Source: Rebecca billardiae RCC1528
Lineage: Eukaryota; Protista; Haptophyta
Assembly: GCA_965240325.2 (NCBI GenBank)
Contig: OZ251239.1
Coordinates: forward strand, 124,001 to 188,000
Length of the DNA: 64,000 bases
Reading direction: 5' to 3'
Every line of letters begins with the position of its first letter. Within the stretch, counting starts at the first letter, position 1. Both the position numbers and the translations under genes were made by a program. The notes beneath the pieces are model-generated. The model was not told where the DNA came from. It was given only the letters and a program-made list of their open reading frames with translations, and ran no database searches. Shown here piece after piece: positions 59,217-64,000 of the stretch.

Positions 59217-61400
59217 ATGCCGATGCCGCGCTCGTCGAGCGCCCTCCGCCTCGCGGCCCTCGCGTGCGCGGTCGCCTCGCCCGTCGTGCACGCGTCGACG
59301 TCGACGCGCGTCACGGTGAGCGACGCCGCCGAGCTCGAGGCCGCGTTCGCCGCTCTGCCCTCCCTGACGCCGCCGGTGACGATCGAAATGAGCGCGGGCC
59401 AGTACGAGTTGAGCGAGGCGCTCCGCGGCAACACGAGCAAGGTCATCCTCGAGGGCGTCGGCGCGGTGGTGATCAAGCCGGCCTCTGGCAACCGCGCGCT
59501 CGTGCTCGACGGCGTCGACGACTGGCTCATCAAGGGCATCACGTTCACGGGCGCGAGCGTGAGCTCGGCCGACCTGGGCGGCGACAGGCCGGCGGGTGCC
59601 GCGGTGCTGCTGCAGAACTCGGCCGCCACGTTCGAGCGCGTCGAGCTGATCGGCACCGCCGACGTGTCGGCGTCCGGCGAGCGGGTGTCCGGCGCCATCG
59701 CGCTGCTGGGCCCGAGCATGGCCTGGTTCAGCCAGAGCAAGTTCACCGGCAACAGCTTGCTGGGCGACGGCGGTGTCTTCCGCGCGCAAGACAGCGCCAT
59801 GCTCAGCCTGGACACGTGCGAGTTCACGGGCAACGTGGCCCGACGGGCGGGCGGCGCCGTGTACGCCCGAGACAACGCCAACGTCGTGGTCAAGAGCTGC
59901 GCGTTCACGGGCAACACCGCCGACAGCGGCGGCGCGCTCTGGGCCGGGTACGACTCGCAGCTCTCGGCCGAGGGCAGCGCGTTCACCGGCAACAGGGCGA
60001 CCACGTCGAGCGGCGGCGCCGTGCGCGCGTACAACGACGCAAAGGTGACGATCCGCCGCTCGAGCTTCAGCGGGAACGTGGCGGGCAACGACGGCGGCGC
60101 CATCTTCGTGTGGAACAAGTGCGAGCTCACCGTCGAGGGCTGCACCTTCCGCGGCAACAAGGCGTACGACGAGGGCGGCGCGCTCGGCGCGTGGAACCGC
60201 GCCAAGGTGTCGGTCGAGTCGAGCGAGTTCGAGGGCAACAGCTGCACGTACGACAGCGGCATGTGCGGCGGCGCGGTCGTCTTCTGGAACGACGTCGTCG
60301 CCACGTTCACCGGGGTGAGCTTCGGCAACAACACGGCGCCAGGCAAGGGCGGCGCGATCGCGAATCGGAACGACGTCGTGCTGTCCCTCGACGACTGCCA
60401 GTTCGAGCGCAACACGGCGGGCACGGTCGGCGGCGCGGTCTCGACGGAGGACGAGGTGAAGCTGGACGTCGTGTCGTGCGAGTTCAACGAGAATGTCGCC
60501 GCCGAGACCGGCGGCGCGATCGCGCTGTCGGAGGAGTCGGAGGCGAGCCTGCGCAAGGCCAAGTTCACAAGCAACCGCGCAGGCGTGGGCGGCGGCGCCG
60601 TCGCGACGAGCGACACCGTGAAGCTCGCCTTCAGCCGGTGCAGCTTCAAGAAGAACGAGGTGCTCGAAGACCCGTGGGCCGAAGGCGGACGACGGCGCCG
60701 GCTGGGCGCGGAGGCGGACGGGGCGACGCGGCTCGCGGCCGCTGCGGACGAGCATGCCGCGGGCGTGGAGGGCGGCGGCGATGGCTCGCGCCGCCGGCTG
60801 CAGTCGACGGAGGGTGGCGGCGCGATGCTCCTCGGCTCGACCGAGACGTGGGAAAAGGACACCAGCGCCTTCAGCGCCAACTACGCGTACAACGGCTGCG
60901 ACGCCATCGAGACGCAGACGGACGGTCTCGACCCGACGAGCAACAAGACAATCTTGGCGGCAGACGTGTGCACCAACGCGGGCGCGGACGGCGGTGGCGG
61001 CGCGAGCTGGCACTGGCCGTGCGGCATGTGCATGCGCCACCGGTGCTCGCTCTGGGGCGCGAACAAGTGCGCCTCCCGCTGGGGCTTCAACGACCCGCAG
61101 GGCGTCGACAGTGACCTCTGCGCATGCGCGTGCTGCCGCCAGGCCTGCGCGCGCCCGAGGGGTTGCAGCGTCTCGCACCTCGAGCTCGACGAGCCGGCAG
61201 CGCGCGCATCCAGTGCGCGTGATGCGCTCGTGGTGGGCCCCGCGACACGTGAGAGTGAGCCTCCCATTGCAGCCGAAGCAAGAGCAACATGGGCGCCTGC
61301 GCCGCCGCCGATGGTGGCGGCTGTGGCGCTCGCAGTCGCGGCGTTCGCGCTGTCCGCCTGGCGACAACGATCTCGTCCCGCCGAGACGGCGCTCGTCTGA
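59217..61400 (+). CDS. Secreted/membrane-anchored Pmp-repeat (pectin-lyase-like beta-helix) protein
   Basis: Signal peptide, about 10 FxxN..GGA(I/L/V) repeats, Cys-rich domain, C-terminal hydrophobic helix MVAAVALAVAAFALSAW. Confidence 0.88.
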   Translation: MPMPRSSSALRLAALACAVASPVVHASTSTRVTVSDAAELEAAFAALPSLTPPVTIEMSAGQYELSEALRGNTSKVILEGVGAVVIKPASGNRALVLDGVDDWLIKGITFTGASVSSADLGGDRPAGAAVLLQNSAATFERVELIGTADVSASGERVSGAIALLGPSMAWFSQSKFTGNSLLGDGGVFRAQDSAMLSLDTCEFTGNVARRAGGAVYARDNANVVVKSCAFTGNTADSGGALWAGYDSQLSAEGSAFTGNRATTSSGGAVRAYNDAKVTIRRSSFSGNVAGNDGGAIFVWNKCELTVEGCTFRGNKAYDEGGALGAWNRAKVSVESSEFEGNSCTYDSGMCGGAVVFWNDVVATFTGVSFGNNTAPGKGGAIANRNDVVLSLDDCQFERNTAGTVGGAVSTEDEVKLDVVSCEFNENVAAETGGAIALSEESEASLRKAKFTSNRAGVGGGAVATSDTVKLAFSRCSFKKNEVLEDPWAEGGRRRRLGAEADGATRLAAAADEHAAGVEGGGDGSRRRLQSTEGGGAMLLGSTETWEKDTSAFSANYAYNGCDAIETQTDGLDPTSNKTILAADVCTNAGADGGGGASWHWPCGMCMRHRCSLWGANKCASRWGFNDPQGVDSDLCACACCRQACARPRGCSVSHLELDEPAARASSARDALVVGPATRESEPPIAAEARATWAPAPPPMVAAVALAVAAFALSAWRQRSRPAETALV

Positions 61401-61646
61401 CACCGTTTGAAACTGCTGTGAGGGCGACGCCGGCATGAAAGTTGAAGCCACAATCAACGTCGCGAGCGCTCGCTCCGCAACTTTGTAGGGTGCCCGTGCG
61501 GCGGCTTGGCGGCCGCTCGCCATTGGGCCTTGCCGTTGGGGTCGTGCGCCCGCCCGCCAGTGGCCTCCACACTCCACAGGCGAAATCCGGACGTGGGCCG
61601 AGTGATGAGAGCCGGAGAAGGCGGCTCGCGCGAAGACGACGACGCG

Positions 61647-64000
61647 ATGACGGGCATCGCGGCGAGGCTGTGGGCGGGCGCGCTCCCGCTGGCGGCGCGG
61701 TCGCTGCACCACCCCTTCGTGCTGCGCCTCGCCGGCGGCTCGCTCGAGCGCGCCTCCTTCCAGGCGTACGTCGCGCAGGACGCCTTCTTCCTCAAGGCCT
61801 TTGCGCAGGCGTACGCGCTCGCGCTCTCGCGCTCGACTGAGCTCGAGTCGATCGAGGAGCTCTCGTCGCTGATCGGCGGCGTGGTGGACGAGCTCAAGCT
61901 GCACCGCTCGTACGCGGCGAAGTGGGGCATCGACGTCGTCGACGTCCAGCCCAACCCGGCGACGAGCGCGTACACGCACTTCCTCCTCACGCTCGCGCGC
62001 GACGAGGACGTGCCCGTGGCGGTCGTGCTCGCGGCGATGACGCCGTGCATGCGGCTGTACGCGTACCTCGGCACGCAGCTGCGCGCCGCGTGCCCGGACG
62101 CGTCGCATGCGTACGCGGAGTGGCTCGACGCGTACGCCGCGCCCGAGTTCGGCGCGCTCGCCCGCCGCATCGAGGGGCTGCTCGACCGCGCGGCTGTCGG
62201 CGTGCCGCTCGAGCCGATGCGCGCTGCGTACGAGCGCGCGATGCAGCTCGAGCTCGACTTCTTCGACGCGCAGCCCGGCGTCGCGCCGGTGGCCGCGCTG
62301 CTCCCGCCCGGCCGCCGCGCGCTGCTCGCCGTCGACTTTGACGAGACCGTCTCCACCGCGCAGACGCTCGAGATCTTGGTCGAGCTCGCCGCGCGCGCGG
62401 CCGAGGCGGCGCGCGCGCGCGGCGACGCGCGCGGCGTGCCCGGCGGCGCGCAGGGCGTGCGCGAGAGGTGGGCGGCGCTGGCCGAGCCGTTCGCCGCGGC
62501 GTACGCCGCCGCGTTCGACGACGCGCTCGAGCTGCTGCAGCGCGGCGGCGGCGGCAGCGGCGCCGCGCCCGTCGAGCCGGGCGGCGTCGTACTGGGCGTC
62601 GCCGCGCTCGAGCGCTTCGTGTCCGACTTCTCGGCGTTCGAGACGTCGGCGGTGGCGCCCGTCTCGTTCGCGCGCGTGCTGCAGGGGATCCCGGAGCCCG
62701 AGCTCGTCACGACGGGCGCGCAGATGGCCGAGCTCCGCCCGGGCTTCGCGCCGCTCGTGCGTGCCCTCCTCTCGGACGGCCAGCTGACTAAGCTGCATGT
62801 GATCTCAGTCAACTGGGCGTCGCAGCTCGTCTTTGGCTCGGTGGCGCGCGCGCTGGGCGGCGCGGGGCGCGGCGTGCTCAGCGTGCACGCCAACCCGATG
62901 CCGGTGGCCCCGCCCCCCGGCGGCGGCGGCGGGCCGCCGCTCACCACCGGCGAGATCGCCACCGAGGGCGGCATCCACTCCGCGGTGGACAAGCGGAGCA
63001 TCTTTAGACAGCTGCTGCGCGCCGAGGCCGAGGCCGAGGCCGAGGCGGGCGGCGGCGGCGGCGGCGGTGGCGGCGGGGCGGCTCTGAGCGTGTACGTGGG
63101 GGACTCGCTGACGGACATCTGCGCGCTGCTCGAGGCGGACGTGGGCGTGCTGATCGGCTCGTCCGGCTCCGTGCGCAAGGCGCTGCGCGCGCTGGGCGTG
63201 TGCGTGCGGCCCATCGTGGGCGCGGCCGTGCGCGCGGCCGCCGCCGCGGACGACGGCGCGCCGTGGCGGCCCAGCCCGGCCTACCGCCCGGGGCAGGGCG
63301 AGGCTCGGCCGCCCGCCGAGCCCGCGACCGTGTACGAGGTGTCGAGCTGGCACGAGCTCCACGCGTGCCTGCGCGGCTGGCGCGCGCTCGCCGAGCTGAG
63401 CGGACGGCCCCTGTTTGTCCTCCCGGGTGCGGGCGCGGGCTTGGAGGGCGGCGGCGCCGAGCTGGGCGGCGCGGCGCCCGGCGGCGGCGCGCCGAGCGGC
63501 GCGGCGGCGCGGCCGCGCGGCAGCACCACGCTGCCCGTCGTGCTCTCGATCGCCGGCTCGGACTCGGGCGGCGGCGCGGGGATCCAGGCGGACCTCAAGA
63601 CGTGCGCCGCGCTCGGCGTGTTTGGCACGACCGCACTCGCTGGGCTGACCGCTCAGAACACGGCCGGCGTGCACGCGATCGAGGCGGTGAGCGCCGAGTT
63701 CGTCACGGCGCAGCTGGAGGCGGTGCTCGGCGACTTTGACGTCGGCGCGATCAAGACGGGGATGCTGCCCTCCGCGGCGGTCATCCGCGCGGTGTGCGCC
63801 GCGCTGGACGCACACGCCGCGCGCGTCGGCCGCTGCCCACCTCTGGTCGTCGACCCCGTCATGATCGCCGCCTCCGGCGCGACCCTCGCCGGCGCGGAGG
63901 CCATGGGCGCCCTCCGGCAGGAGCTGCTGCCGCGCGCGACCGTGCTCACGCCCAACCTGCCCGAGGCGGCGGCGCTGCTCGGCCTCGAGGCGCACGAGGT
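61647..64000 (+). CDS. Thiamine-salvage fusion TenA - HAD phosphatase - ThiD (HMP/HMP-P kinase), 3'-truncated by window
   Basis: Not in the ORF track because there is no stop before the edge. Hand translation from ATG 61647: [44 protein letters not shown] (TenA); [33 protein letters not shown] (HAD); [46 protein letters not shown] (ThiD). All in the same frame. Confidence 0.93.
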   Translation, partial: MTGIAARLWAGALPLAARSLHHPFVLRLAGGSLERASFQAYVAQDAFFLKAFAQAYALALSRSTELESIEELSSLIGGVVDELKLHRSYAAKWGIDVVDVQPNPATSAYTHFLLTLARDEDVPVAVVLAAMTPCMRLYAYLGTQLRAACPDASHAYAEWLDAYAAPEFGALARRIEGLLDRAAVGVPLEPMRAAYERAMQLELDFFDAQPGVAPVAALLPPGRRALLAVDFDETVSTAQTLEILVELAARAAEAARARGDARGVPGGAQGVRERWAALAEPFAAAYAAAFDDALELLQRGGGGSGAAPVEPGGVVLGVAALERFVSDFSAFETSAVAPVSFARVLQGIPEPELVTTGAQMAELRPGFAPLVRALLSDGQLTKLHVISVNWASQLVFGSVARALGGAGRGVLSVHANPMPVAPPPGGGGGPPLTTGEIATEGGIHSAVDKRSIFRQLLRAEAEAEAEAGGGGGGGGGGAALSVYVGDSLTDICALLEADVGVLIGSSGSVRKALRALGVCVRPIVGAAVRAAAAADDGAPWRPSPAYRPGQGEARPPAEPATVYEVSSWHELHACLRGWRALAELSGRPLFVLPGAGAGLEGGGAELGGAAPGGGAPSGAAARPRGSTTLPVVLSIAGSDSGGGAGIQADLKTCAALGVFGTTALAGLTAQNTAGVHAIEAVSAEFVTAQLEAVLGDFDVGAIKTGMLPSAAVIRAVCAALDAHAARVGRCPPLVVDPVMIAASGATLAGAEAMGALRQELLPRATVLTPNLPEAAALLGLEAHE

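Noticed and set aside
61401-61646. TPP riboswitch upstream of the thiamine gene
   Set aside because: No CUGAGA..ACCUGA..AUAAU..GCG core seen by eye. The 3' UTR lies outside the window; an Infernal RF00059 scan would be decisive.

Overview
A very GC-rich, intron-containing eukaryotic window. Composition and gene content suggest an alga, possibly a Pavlovales-type haptophyte (inference). Most of the long Arg/Ala-rich ORFs in the track are antisense or off-frame shadows. Supported genes: a homeodomain TF, the cohesin loader SCC2/NIPBL (with a PHD finger and an extra N-terminal Tudor-like module), a WCGHC protein disulfide isomerase, a DUF2358 protein, ARMC2, a DUF3405-like protein, a DGAT2/MGAT acyltransferase, a sulfotransferase, a Pmp-type beta-helix surface protein and several orphans. 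One further gene is absent from the ORF track because it runs off the right edge: an uninterrupted TenA + HAD phosphatase + ThiD thiamine-salvage fusion starting at 61647. Most genes sit in head-to-head pairs. Two such intergenic gaps each hold a near-identical 1109-bp foldback DNA transposon (397-bp TIRs, CA..TG ends, 7-bp TSD; P/Galileo-like). The second copy sits inside a 15-bp excision footprint of the same family that keeps its own 7-bp TSD. Further TE relics cluster at 2.8-4.5 kb, 24.9-27.9 kb and 50.5-58 kb. No rRNA, tRNA or CRISPR array was seen.
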